Assembly (NCBI GenBank): GCA_027083015.1
Contig: JALWQS010000136.1
Coordinates: 1-42,195, forward strand
Direction: 5' to 3'
DNA: 42,195 nt
From: Candidatus Woesearchaeota archaeon
GTDB taxonomy: Archaea; Nanobdellota; Nanobdellia; Woesearchaeales; UBA11576
Below the pieces are notes generated by a model. That model worked only from the letters and a program-made list of their open reading frames with translations. It searched no databases and was not told where the DNA came from. Positions 1 through 8,350 of the stretch are shown one piece after another. How positions within the stretch are numbered: position 1 is the stretch's first letter; each line of letters starts with the position of its first letter. The translations under genes and the position numbers were made by a program.

Positions 1-22
1 TTTGTCTTCAGGATAGGGTGTC

Positions 23-577
23 ATGTCTTTTAAGTTTCTTGCTTTTAGTCCTAGGATTATCTTTTTGGTGGTCGCGCTTTTGGCTGTTGTCATCGTTATC
101 CGTCTCATGATCAATTCTAAGTTTGAGGTTCGTGGTATCCAATCCGAGATTCTTGTTCAGGGTCTGTTGTATGGTCCTGGCGGCATTACCTATTATGATC
201 CTCTTACTGGCAGGATTTATCCTGAGATTGTTGACCCTTCACAGTTTAATGAGAGTAAGTATGATATGGGTTTTCATTTTAGTCCTAATAGTCTTATCAC
301 TGCCAGGATCCTTCTTGTTAAGGAGAAGGAGACTCTTAAGAAGCTTCATTTTGGCAAGTCTAAGAATATGATCTCTAATGTTGATCCTTCAGATGTTGTT
401 GGAGTGACTTATTTTAATAAGGAGTGGTGGGATAATTGGAAACCTTTGGCTGAGAGTAAGATCAGAGGTTTGGGGCGTGTTGATATTGATAATACTGAAC
501 TGCCTATCCTTTACCGTGATGCTGATGGCGGTCTTCACTCTGGTTGGTTGTACATTACCGTCCTTCAGCCTGGTTGA
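23..577 (+). CDS. hypothetical exported or membrane-anchored protein (184 aa)
   Basis: ATG-initiated ORF with the NNT/NNG codon style of all + strand genes here. N-terminal hydrophobic helix (IIFLVVALLAVVIVI) followed by a soluble domain. No family recognised. Confidence 0.6.
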   Translation: MSFKFLAFSPRIIFLVVALLAVVIVIRLMINSKFEVRGIQSEILVQGLLYGPGGITYYDPLTGRIYPEIVDPSQFNESKYDMGFHFSPNSLITARILLVKEKETLKKLHFGKSKNMISNVDPSDVVGVTYFNKEWWDNWKPLAESKIRGLGRVDIDNTELPILYRDADGGLHSGWLYITVLQPG

Positions 578-776
578 TCTTGATTGAAGTTTTTGGTTGG
601 TTATAGGTTATATATGTTGATCGTATGATCATGATGATATATTTGGTGTTTATGATGATTGTTGTGTCATGCTCTCGAAACAAAACCTTGGGAATGCCCG
701 TGCCTTTGGTGCGGGCTTCTTTTCCCAATATTTATTGGGTGGAGGTTTTGTCTGATCGTTTTGAAGGTATCTGACT

Positions 777-1589
777 ATGAGTAAGTATCACAAAAAGACT
801 GGTTGTAAGAAGAAGGATTGGTTAGTGAAACCTGTCGGTAAGAAGGGTTTTATAGCTGATGTTATCGTTGATTTCTGGGCATACATAACTTTTGTTCTTG
901 TGATCATTGTCTTTGCTTTTCTTTATAAGCTGGTGGCTAAGTCTTCTATGGAACGCTTGAGTGATTTTAGGGGTGTTACTTGGTCTAATCATCTTGCTAG
1001 TGTTTATCTTCGTACGCCTATTGAGATAGGTGATACTGATCTTTCTATGGCTGAGCTTATAGCTTTGTATGATTATAATCAGACTCATGAGCGTGTTAAA
1101 GAGACTAAAGCTAAGAAAGAGTCCTGGACCGATTTAGCCGCTGCTCTTAAGTCCACTAAGGAGTTGCTTATGGGCAATTCTATCCTTAAGGGTTCTAGGG
1201 GTCCTTTGGCTGATGGTCTCTTCTCGGTCACTGATGATTTTATTGAGGATAATTTTGACGCTTTTGATACTTGTTATCTTTTTTATATTAAGGGTAATGG
1301 TTTTGAGTATATGAATTGGGGTTCTTTGTCTAAGTGTAAGGCTTATGCGCGGACTCGTGCTGAACATGGAGTTTTTGGTTTTAGTGTCGTCCAGTCGGAT
1401 CTTACTATTGATAATTTCCTTCAGCTTTTGGATGATGTTCCTAAGGAGTCTTATCTGACTTACATTCCTGCTATTGATCCTAGGGAGAAACCTATTGAAT
1501 TGTATGTTGTTTATGATTTTGAGAAGATCTTGAGGCTTAAGGATCAGACCAGCATGTCTGATGATAGTGAGAGTGAAGAGTATGTTTAG
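777..1589 (+). CDS. hypothetical single-pass membrane protein (270 aa), possible class III (pilin-like) signal
   Basis: Basic N-terminus, then KKG|FIADVIVDFWAYITFVLVIIVFAFL, and an acidic C-terminal tail. The stop overlaps the next gene's ATG (ATGTTTAG at 1582-1589). No family recognised. Confidence 0.6.
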   Translation: MSKYHKKTGCKKKDWLVKPVGKKGFIADVIVDFWAYITFVLVIIVFAFLYKLVAKSSMERLSDFRGVTWSNHLASVYLRTPIEIGDTDLSMAELIALYDYNQTHERVKETKAKKESWTDLAAALKSTKELLMGNSILKGSRGPLADGLFSVTDDFIEDNFDAFDTCYLFYIKGNGFEYMNWGSLSKCKAYARTRAEHGVFGFSVVQSDLTIDNFLQLLDDVPKESYLTYIPAIDPREKPIELYVVYDFEKILRLKDQTSMSDDSESEEYV

Positions 1590-3537
1590 ACGTGTTCGTA
1601 AAAACAAGCGGGGCATGATCTTTAACATAGCGGTAGTTATCATTGTCATTATTGTCTTGACTTATGGTTATATCCGTCTCTCTTCTAAGATGGATGTTAA
1701 GCATGAGATCGGTGAGAATCCTTCTATGCTTGTCCTTAAGGTTCAGCAGGGCGAGAAAAGTCTGATCTTTGTTGATTTGGCTGCGAAACTTGCTTTGCAG
1801 CAGGCTCTTTTTGACCTTCAGGATAAGGGTGGTGTGACTTCCAGCACGCCTTGTGGAGAGTATTATGGTTTTAAGATGTGGAATTCTGATTCTGGTCAGA
1901 CCTGTTTCCTTGATAAGAAGGGTTTGGAGAAGGCTTTGCAGCAGTTGTTTGAACCTGCTCTTGTTGCCCGTCTTGCTTCTTACCCTGATGCTGATTTCTT
2001 GATCAACACTCCTCAGGCAGCCAGTATGGCTCGTCAGGTTGAGACAGGCACTCCTGCTGTAGGTCCTGGCAAGACTAATGAATATTGTTCTGCTTCTTCT
2101 GGTTTCCGTAAGGATTTTACTTTTGATGATGGTACTGGACGGTTCCCTGTTGCTGGTGCTCGTGTTTGGGTTCCTAAGGAGGCTGATTGCCCTGGTTCTT
2201 GGCCTTTGGTGGTTTTCCTTCCTGGTTGTGAGTCTGTTCCTCACCGCAGGTTTGGTGATGGTGATCCTTTTGATGTTATTGAGGTCGCTAAGAAGCTTTA
2301 CGCGTCTAAGAAGATTGTTCCTTTGATCTTTGCTTCTCCTTCCCAGACTAAATTTAAGGGTTCTAATTGTGTCGGTGATTCTCTTTTTAGTTTTCCTTTT
2401 GATATGAAGAGGTTTGTTGATGATGTGAAGAAGAATCTTCCTGAAGGGGTTTCTGTCTCTTCTGTCGCTATTGTGGGTCATTCTGCCGCTGGTTGTAGCT
2501 TGAAGGCTGGTCTGTTCGGCGCTTTCAATAAGGTTCCTGATGCGGTTGCTCTTGGCGCTCTTGATACCTGTGCTTGGCCTTCTCTTTTTGCTCAGGTCAG
2601 GTCTAAGCTTGGCTCTTCTAAGCTTCTTGTCGTCTATGGTACTGATCGTAAGGATCGTTCCAAGGTTAATGCGGTTCTTGGCGCTACTTCTCAGATGTCT
2701 TGTCCTTCTGAGACTGATTATCCTGGTGGCGAGTTTGACGAGTGTTATTCTGATGGTCATAACATCTTTACTTTTACTATGAAGAACCCTGATGATAAGC
2801 GTGCTGTTGCTGTTGGTATGGAACAGTTCCTTCTTAGGTTTTTTCCTGCTTCTTCTCCTGATGGTCTTTCTCATTCTCCTGTCGTCGGGGCTAAGGGTTG
2901 TATCTATGGTCAGAAAGTTGCTGCTTGGGGCGATTCTATTACTGCTGAAAAAGCTGGTTGGGTCAGCATGCTCAATAAGAGATGTCCTGTTATGACGTTT
3001 GAAAATCTTGGTGTTGTTGGTCGTTGGTCTCGTACTGGTCGTAAGTTGTTTGAGGAGAAGGTCTTAAGCCAGGGTTTTGATCAGGTTATAATAATGTTCG
3101 GTATGAATGATATTCTTGGTAAGAGCACTGCTGAAGCTATTGAGTCTAATCTTCAGGCGATGTATGATGCTGCTAAGGCTAAGGGTTTGCGTGTTGTTGC
3201 TATGACTGTTACTCCTGCCGGCCCTAGCAAGTATAATAAGGTCACTCCTAAGATGCAGGCTGAACTTGATAAGCTTAATGCTTGGATCCTTGCTAAGCCT
3301 GAGAATGTTGATGTTGTTGTTAATACGTGGCAGCCTCTTAATGCTGGCTCTACGACTAAAGCGGCCAATAAAGCTTATATTTATCCTGATAATATCCATC
3401 CTAATCTTAAGGGTCATAGGATCTTGGCTGATGTGATCTATAATACTGCTTTCCAGCCGGCCTTGCCTTCTCCTGGAGAGAAGAGTTTGCCTTCAGGATC
3501 TTCACCTTCATCGTCGGTAAGAGGTAATACTGTATGA
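1582..3537 (+). CDS. exported bifunctional esterase: alpha/beta-hydrolase domain + C-terminal SGNH/GDSL hydrolase domain
   Basis: N-terminal anchor RKNKRG|MIFNIAVVIIVIIVL. Nucleophile elbow G-H-S-A-A-G (Ser codon 2482-2484) after a VVFLPG strand. SGNH blocks are GDSIT (Ser codon 2935-2937), GVVG, GMND and DNIHP. The start could also be the ATG at 1561 listed in the track. I prefer 1582 because it gives the basic N-terminus MFRRVRKNKRG. Confidence 0.8.
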   Translation: MFRRVRKNKRGMIFNIAVVIIVIIVLTYGYIRLSSKMDVKHEIGENPSMLVLKVQQGEKSLIFVDLAAKLALQQALFDLQDKGGVTSSTPCGEYYGFKMWNSDSGQTCFLDKKGLEKALQQLFEPALVARLASYPDADFLINTPQAASMARQVETGTPAVGPGKTNEYCSASSGFRKDFTFDDGTGRFPVAGARVWVPKEADCPGSWPLVVFLPGCESVPHRRFGDGDPFDVIEVAKKLYASKKIVPLIFASPSQTKFKGSNCVGDSLFSFPFDMKRFVDDVKKNLPEGVSVSSVAIVGHSAAGCSLKAGLFGAFNKVPDAVALGALDTCAWPSLFAQVRSKLGSSKLLVVYGTDRKDRSKVNAVLGATSQMSCPSETDYPGGEFDECYSDGHNIFTFTMKNPDDKRAVAVGMEQFLLRFFPASSPDGLSHSPVVGAKGCIYGQKVAAWGDSITAEKAGWVSMLNKRCPVMTFENLGVVGRWSRTGRKLFEEKVLSQGFDQVIIMFGMNDILGKSTAEAIESNLQAMYDAAKAKGLRVVAMTVTPAGPSKYNKVTPKMQAELDKLNAWILAKPENVDVVVNTWQPLNAGSTTKAANKAYIYPDNIHPNLKGHRILADVIYNTAFQPALPSPGEKSLPSGSSPSSSVRGNTV

Positions 3538-5504
3538 AAGAATGCTGTATAAAAGATTTGATAAGGAGGTTGGATAAGATCGCTTTGTTTATTGATGGGA
3601 AAACTCGGAGTCCTTTGTTTTTGTTAGCTTGTCTTCTCTTGTTTGTTGCTCTTCTTTCTTTGTCTGTTCCTGTTTCTTTGGCTCAGAGTACGAAAACTTC
3701 TTCTCAGGTTTCTTCCTTGTCTTCATCTGCTGCTGCTCAAGCGGGTTCCTCTGTTTCTTCATCTGCTGCTTCCTCTCCCGGACCGTCTTCCCAGATTACT
3801 AAGTTTCGTTTTGTGGCTTGGCCTGATACTCATGTCAGTTGCGGTAAGCATGGTGTTCCTTCTCCTGCTTTGAAGGCTGTCGCTGCTACTATTGATAAGG
3901 TTAAGCCTGCTTTTGTTATCCACACTGGTGATATGATAAATATTGAAGCTCCTGATACTCGTAAGTCTCCTTGTATTGATGTTATGTGGTCTAATTTCAA
4001 GAAGTTTATCGTGACTCCTCTTTTGAATGCTAATATTCTTTTCTTTCCTACTCCTGGTAATCATGATTATCTTTGGAAGGGCAGTTCTCGTTACAAGGAT
4101 GAGTGGTCTGTTCATAAGAATAATGGTTTTAAGGTTGATGGTCCTGAAGGTTATGCTGGTTGGTATTCTTTTGATTATGGTAATTCTCATTTTATCTCTT
4201 TGGTCATCCCTGGCACTCAGGATCTTGTCGCTAAGAAGACTCAGCTTGCTTGGTTGAAGTCTGATCTTGAAGCCGCTGCTAAGAAGCATCCTCAACACAT
4301 TTTTGTCTTTGGCCATTCTCCTCTTTATTGTCCTGCTATGAATTCTAAGCGTTCTCCTTCTGAGGGTGTTTGGATCAAGGATAAGGCTTTTGTTGATCTT
4401 CTTAAGAAGTACAAGCCTGTTTATCTTTCTGGTCATATGCATATTCCTTTTGAAAAGTCTTACGAGGGTATTGATACCATAATTGATGGTATGCTTGGTG
4501 GTGGTAAGAGAAAGATTCTTGGTAGGCCTTTTGCTCCTTTTCAGTATACGGTGATTGATGTTGATGGTCCTGATTATAAGGTTTATCGCATCACTCATCC
4601 TGATTGGGACACTTCTGCTCTTCCTCCTGCTCCTGAAGTCTCTCAGGCTTCTCAGTTTTCTAGCTCTCCTGATGCTTCTCATGGTATCGGTGGTTGTCCC
4701 CCTGGTCAGGAACCTGTGTCTTCAAGGAATTTGCGTTCTCTTTTCACTGCTCCTGGAACTCAGGGCGGTGGTGTTGTTCCTGTCAGTGCTTCTGCTCAGG
4801 GTGCGGTCGTGACTGAGAATGATCCTGGTGTTTTTTGTAGTTATTGTGGTGCTCTTAAGAGCAAGGTTAATGAGATCCAACCTAATACTGATAAGAAGTG
4901 TCGTGGTCAGTGTTGTGTTGCTAAGTGTCCTCCTGGTACCAGGCTTAATAATGATGTTCCTTTGTATAAGCAGTGTTCCCCTGAGATCCGTAAGCGTGGT
5001 TGTAGCGGCGATACCTGTCGTAATGCTTGCGGTCATACGAGTTTTAAGATGATCACTGATGGTCTTGGTTTTAATATTGACATGGATGATTTTTATTGCC
5101 ATGAAAGGCATACTTATTTCTTGGGTGCTCCTGCTGGTTGGAGCGGTCTTGCTAAGGCTACTGAAAAGCTTCATCTTAAGTCTGAACGTATCCGTTCTGC
5201 TGATTGGGAGTCTGTTGTTGCTGCTCTTCAGTCTGGTAAGATAGGTATGGAGGTTATGGCTGATAAGAACCTTCCTGATTCTGTGCGTGAGCGTTGCGGT
5301 AAAGGGACTAATGGTCATTGGATCGCTCTTGTCGGTGCTTCTCCTGATTATGTCATCATAAATGATCCTGCCGGTAATTGTGGTTATGATCAGGAGCGTC
5401 ATATGGTCCTTTCTAAAGAGTATTTTCGTAGGATTGATAAGAATGGCAGGATTATTGTGTGGGAGAAGGGAGAGGGCAGTTCTGGGGGTGAGACCTTTGC
5501 TTGA
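3534..5504 (+). CDS. exported calcineurin-like metallophosphoesterase fused to a Cys-knot and a C-terminal papain-fold (C39-like) cysteine peptidase domain
   Basis: ATGA start/stop overlap with the upstream gene. Signal or anchor ending SLAQ, then a Ser-rich linker. Metallophosphoesterase motifs in canonical order: WPDTHV, HTGDMIN, GNHDY, GHSPLY, GHMHI. Cys-rich block CSYCG..KCPPG from 4836. C39-like order Cys (NACGHTS, codon 5028-5030), His (GHWIALVG, codon 5316-5318), then INDP. Confidence 0.8.
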   Translation: MKECCIKDLIRRLDKIALFIDGKTRSPLFLLACLLLFVALLSLSVPVSLAQSTKTSSQVSSLSSSAAAQAGSSVSSSAASSPGPSSQITKFRFVAWPDTHVSCGKHGVPSPALKAVAATIDKVKPAFVIHTGDMINIEAPDTRKSPCIDVMWSNFKKFIVTPLLNANILFFPTPGNHDYLWKGSSRYKDEWSVHKNNGFKVDGPEGYAGWYSFDYGNSHFISLVIPGTQDLVAKKTQLAWLKSDLEAAAKKHPQHIFVFGHSPLYCPAMNSKRSPSEGVWIKDKAFVDLLKKYKPVYLSGHMHIPFEKSYEGIDTIIDGMLGGGKRKILGRPFAPFQYTVIDVDGPDYKVYRITHPDWDTSALPPAPEVSQASQFSSSPDASHGIGGCPPGQEPVSSRNLRSLFTAPGTQGGGVVPVSASAQGAVVTENDPGVFCSYCGALKSKVNEIQPNTDKKCRGQCCVAKCPPGTRLNNDVPLYKQCSPEIRKRGCSGDTCRNACGHTSFKMITDGLGFNIDMDDFYCHERHTYFLGAPAGWSGLAKATEKLHLKSERIRSADWESVVAALQSGKIGMEVMADKNLPDSVRERCGKGTNGHWIALVGASPDYVIINDPAGNCGYDQERHMVLSKEYFRRIDKNGRIIVWEKGEGSSGGETFA

Positions 5505-6657
5505 CTTGCCTTTTAGGTTTGGTTCTCGTCTGCGTTTTTCAGTATTGCTTTTGTTCTCGCTATTGTCATTTGTAGTTCTTAGTTCGTCGGTTGCTGCTCA
5601 GTATTTTGTTGTTGAGGCTGATCCTTTTGAGTCTCACCCCAACATTATGGATCTTTATGTCAGTAAGCCTAATGTGTTTACTGAGGATCTTTTTCATGGC
5701 GGGATTCCTCAGTATGATATGTACATAGCTTTTTTTGATCGTTCTGGTAGGATGGTCGATTCTTACCAGTTGATGACTGGAACTAATGATGTTCCTTTTG
5801 ATCCTGATGTCAATACTTTCAAGGTTTTTGGTAAGGATTTTCCTGAGAAGGGCGAATCTGCTAATCTTTTGTTGGAGCATTCTGTTGAGTTCTGTAATGA
5901 TAATGGTACTTGTGATTCTTGTCAGGGTCCTGACTGTTCTTTGATCGAGAATTTTCTTTCTTGTCCTTCTGATTGTCCTTCTGGCAGTTATGATTTTTAC
6001 TGTGACTTGCAGAAAGATGGTATTTGTGATCCGGATTGTGATGGTATTGACGCTGATTGTCCTGATTGTGAGCCTTTTTGCGCTGTTGATGGTGCTTCTT
6101 GTGAGGATCTTGGCGGCACTCTTTGCAGTGCCGATGAGGATTGTGTCGGCGGTTATTTTTCTTCTGGTATCCTTGATGAGAATGATGAGCCTGTCACTGA
6201 TTGTTGTATTGGAGGTAATTGTTCCGTGACTGATCCTTTGGTTGCTTTTTGGCAGGATAAGGATGTTGAGAGTGCTTTTCCTACAGAAGCGGAGATCAGA
6301 GAGGATAATGTTTCTGTCGATAGGATTGCGGGTATTGCCCCTTCTGGAAAGAGAGCCGTTGGTTTGGGTGAGAAGTTGGGTTTGCCTGAAGAGGTGAGCA
6401 ATATCGGTATTCTTGAGATTGTTGGTGTTGGAGTTTTATTTTCTGTTCTTGTCGTTTTGCTTCTTTTCTTCTTCCATAAGAGGACTCCTCTTCATTCTTC
6501 TGATCCTGCTACTCCTGAAGGTCTTCAGCAAGAGGTTTCTTTGTTGGTGAGTAAGGGTTATGGTTATTCTGTCATTAAGAGTTTTCTTTTGAGGAAGGGT
6601 TTTGATCCTAAACTGGTTGATGAGGCTATTAAGAGGGATTATGATGCGCGTAGGTGA
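5443..6657 (+). CDS. Cys-rich type-I membrane protein, paralog A (partner of the upstream enzyme)
   Basis: Signal peptide ending VAAQ, then a beta-rich N-domain. Cys/Asp-rich module with a thrombospondin-type-3-like DPDCDGIDADCPDC motif. TM helix IGILEIVGVGVLFSVLVVLLLFFF and a about 65-aa cytoplasmic tail. The start is uncertain: ATG 5443 or GTG about 5487. The track start at 5362 lies deep inside the upstream gene. Confidence 0.7.
   Translation: MAGLLCGRRERAVLGVRPLLDLPFRFGSRLRFSVLLLFSLLSFVVLSSSVAAQYFVVEADPFESHPNIMDLYVSKPNVFTEDLFHGGIPQYDMYIAFFDRSGRMVDSYQLMTGTNDVPFDPDVNTFKVFGKDFPEKGESANLLLEHSVEFCNDNGTCDSCQGPDCSLIENFLSCPSDCPSGSYDFYCDLQKDGICDPDCDGIDADCPDCEPFCAVDGASCEDLGGTLCSADEDCVGGYFSSGILDENDEPVTDCCIGGNCSVTDPLVAFWQDKDVESAFPTEAEIREDNVSVDRIAGIAPSGKRAVGLGEKLGLPEEVSNIGILEIVGVGVLFSVLVVLLLFFFHKRTPLHSSDPATPEGLQQEVSLLVSKGYGYSVIKSFLLRKGFDPKLVDEAIKRDYDARR
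5968..6159 (+). repeat. 192-nt conserved block, copy 1 (Cys/Asp module of paralog A)
   Basis: Hand alignment to 8777-8968 gives 153/192 identical positions with no indels. It includes a near-identical run TGTCCTGATTGTGAGCCTTTTTG...GATGGTGCTTCTTGTGAGGATCTTGGCGG (6058-6116). Confidence 0.8.
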
Positions 6658-8302
6658 TTTTAGGAGGAGGAATGGCTTGAGGACTGCCAGGTTTTTTTTG
6701 CCTGTCTTATTGATTATTCTATTGTCTTTGGTGGTTCTTGGTGATGTTAATCGTGTAGCTGTTCAGCCGGCTTCTGGTTCTTCTTCGGCATCCCAGACTG
6801 GTTCTTCTCAGTCTTCTTCCCCACCTTCTTCTAGTACTGGCTCTTCCCCTCAGTGTGTTCCTATCCCTTACCGGTATGGTACTATCTCCAAGACCATCTT
6901 TGATCTTGTTCTTTCTACTGAGGGTAATAAGACTTCTATCCTTGGTATCTCTCGTGTGCCTATCGCTGTCGGTATCAAGAAGGAGATTAGGGAGTTGAAG
7001 GATGGTGTTGTCTGTAAGCCTCTTCCTGCTCAGCGTAAGATGAGTCAGGAGTTTCTTAAGAGGGTTTATGGTGATAAGCAGATGAATATTGAGCCTCAAC
7101 TGGTTGATATCACTTTTCTTTCTGGGTTTGGCAAGGCTGGTTCTGAAAAAGCTAAGAATATGGAATCCGTGAAGAAGTTTGCTTTTGGAAAGACTGATTC
7201 TATCAAGGTCCATCGTAAGGTTGCTCCTGCTTTTCAGTGTGTTGAGAAGGAGATCATGGCTTCTTGTCCTGGCTGGAATGATTATAAGATTTCTTCTCTT
7301 CAGGGTTATCTTTGGTCTCCTCTTCCTGATAATCCTGATATCTTGTCTGCTTCTAGTTTTGGTATTGCTCTTGATATCTCTTTGGATGATGGGTCTAATG
7401 TTCCTTCTTGTTGGGTTCAGGCTTTTAAGAAGTTTGGTTTTGCTTGGGGCGGCGATAATAGGGAGGTTCCTGCTTATAATCATTTTGAGTTTCTTGGTGA
7501 TCCTAATGCTATTCTTGTCGGTTCTAAACAGCAGGTTTCTTCTGCTTCAGTTGCGGCTCCTGTCTCTTCTCCGTATAGTATCAAGGCTGATGATGGGAAT
7601 ATCATGTGTTCTTATTGTGGTGATATGAAGTCTATGTTTAAGAGGTTGTACCCTGATGATAACCTTATGGATTGTGTTGGTTGGCTTGATTGCTGTCGTG
7701 GTAAGTGTCCTCCCGGCTCTTATATTAATCCTAAGGCTAAGTATTTTTCTCAGGCTGACAAGAGTAATTATCCTATGCCTGCTGAGTGTGTCAGTCAACC
7801 TGCGCCTCCTAAGAAGCAGTACACTTATGGTAATATTGGTTGTGCCGCATTTTCTTGGCGTATGGCTTTGTCTGCTTATGGTATTGATAGGTCTGCGAAG
7901 GACGTTTTTTGCGGCAAATTAAGTAATATTGCTGTCTTTCCTGCTTTTGGTGAAAGTATTAAGCGTGCTTATAAGAATGCGGGCGTTAATCTTAAGATCG
8001 TCCCTTTTGATTGGAACACTATTGTCTCTGAGGTCAAGCAGGGGCATCCTTTGATCTGGGATCTTGATGATAAGGGCTTGGCTTCTACTGATCGTTGTCC
8101 AAAGTCTCGTACCAGTCAGCATTTTATGGTCGCTGTTGGTGCTAGTGATGATTATCTTATCATAGATGATCCTGGCGGTTGGTGTGGCCATAAGTTTAGT
8201 GAGCATATGGTCCTCTCTAAGGATTATTTCCTTAACTCTGCTAAGCATAAGATCATGTATGTTATTTATCCTCCTGGTGAGCATAGTGCAGATACTATTT
8301 GA
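6641..8302 (+). CDS. exported M15/LAS-like (VanY/CwlK-type) peptidase-like domain fused to a Cys-knot and a C-terminal papain-fold (C39-like) cysteine peptidase domain
   Basis: Anchor FFLPVLLIILLSLVVLG, then a Ser-rich linker. SASSFGIALDIS and FGFAWGGDN..AYNHFEF resemble the SxHxxGxAxD and GFxWGGDW..D.xHFE blocks of M15 peptidases, with Ser at the first His position. CSYCG..KCPPG knot from 7607. Cys (GNIGCAAFSW, codon 7841-7843), His (SQHFMVAVG, codon 8120-8122), then IIDDP. Alternative starts at 6620 and 6644. Confidence 0.75.
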   Translation: MMRVGDFRRRNGLRTARFFLPVLLIILLSLVVLGDVNRVAVQPASGSSSASQTGSSQSSSPPSSSTGSSPQCVPIPYRYGTISKTIFDLVLSTEGNKTSILGISRVPIAVGIKKEIRELKDGVVCKPLPAQRKMSQEFLKRVYGDKQMNIEPQLVDITFLSGFGKAGSEKAKNMESVKKFAFGKTDSIKVHRKVAPAFQCVEKEIMASCPGWNDYKISSLQGYLWSPLPDNPDILSASSFGIALDISLDDGSNVPSCWVQAFKKFGFAWGGDNREVPAYNHFEFLGDPNAILVGSKQQVSSASVAAPVSSPYSIKADDGNIMCSYCGDMKSMFKRLYPDDNLMDCVGWLDCCRGKCPPGSYINPKAKYFSQADKSNYPMPAECVSQPAPPKKQYTYGNIGCAAFSWRMALSAYGIDRSAKDVFCGKLSNIAVFPAFGESIKRAYKNAGVNLKIVPFDWNTIVSEVKQGHPLIWDLDDKGLASTDRCPKSRTSQHFMVAVGASDDYLIIDDPGGWCGHKFSEHMVLSKDYFLNSAKHKIMYVIYPPGEHSADTI

Positions 8303-8350
8303 TGTTTGGGTGAAAGATGAAGTTAAGTATGGAAGAAAGATTGGTGTAAT

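Noticed and set aside
123-371. Short out-of-frame + ORFs nested in + genes (for example 123-371, 2078-2326, 2540-2782, 7179-7628, 10598-11173).
   Set aside because: These are alternative frames of T-rich coding sequence that translate to Leu/Phe/Val strings. They are too regular and too numerous to be genes.
696-723. Hairpin GCCCG-N11-CGGGC followed by TTCTTTT, considered as a terminator after the first gene.
   Set aside because: The stem is only 5 bp, it lies inside the candidate 49-codon ORF, and it is more than 100 nt from the upstream stop. That is too weak to call.
1537-2874. 445-aa ORF antisense to the esterase gene. Similar long - strand ORFs lie at 3759-4682, 4722-5402, 6719-7483, 8465-9769, 10507-11463, 23835-24731, 32669-33337 and 40759-41346.
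   Set aside because: All are R/K/N/T/I/S-rich low-complexity translations lying opposite genes with clear domain motifs. They exist because the bottom strand is T-poor and so almost free of stop codons. They have no SD, no motifs and no independent support.
5362-5442. Track start positions that extend ORFs into upstream genes or lack an SD (5362, 6602, 9916 TTG, 23432 TTG, 35305, 40579).
   Set aside because: Downstream ATGs give sensible N-termini (a signal peptide or a conserved family start), and most have an SD-like element at the right spacing. The exact starts remain unverified.
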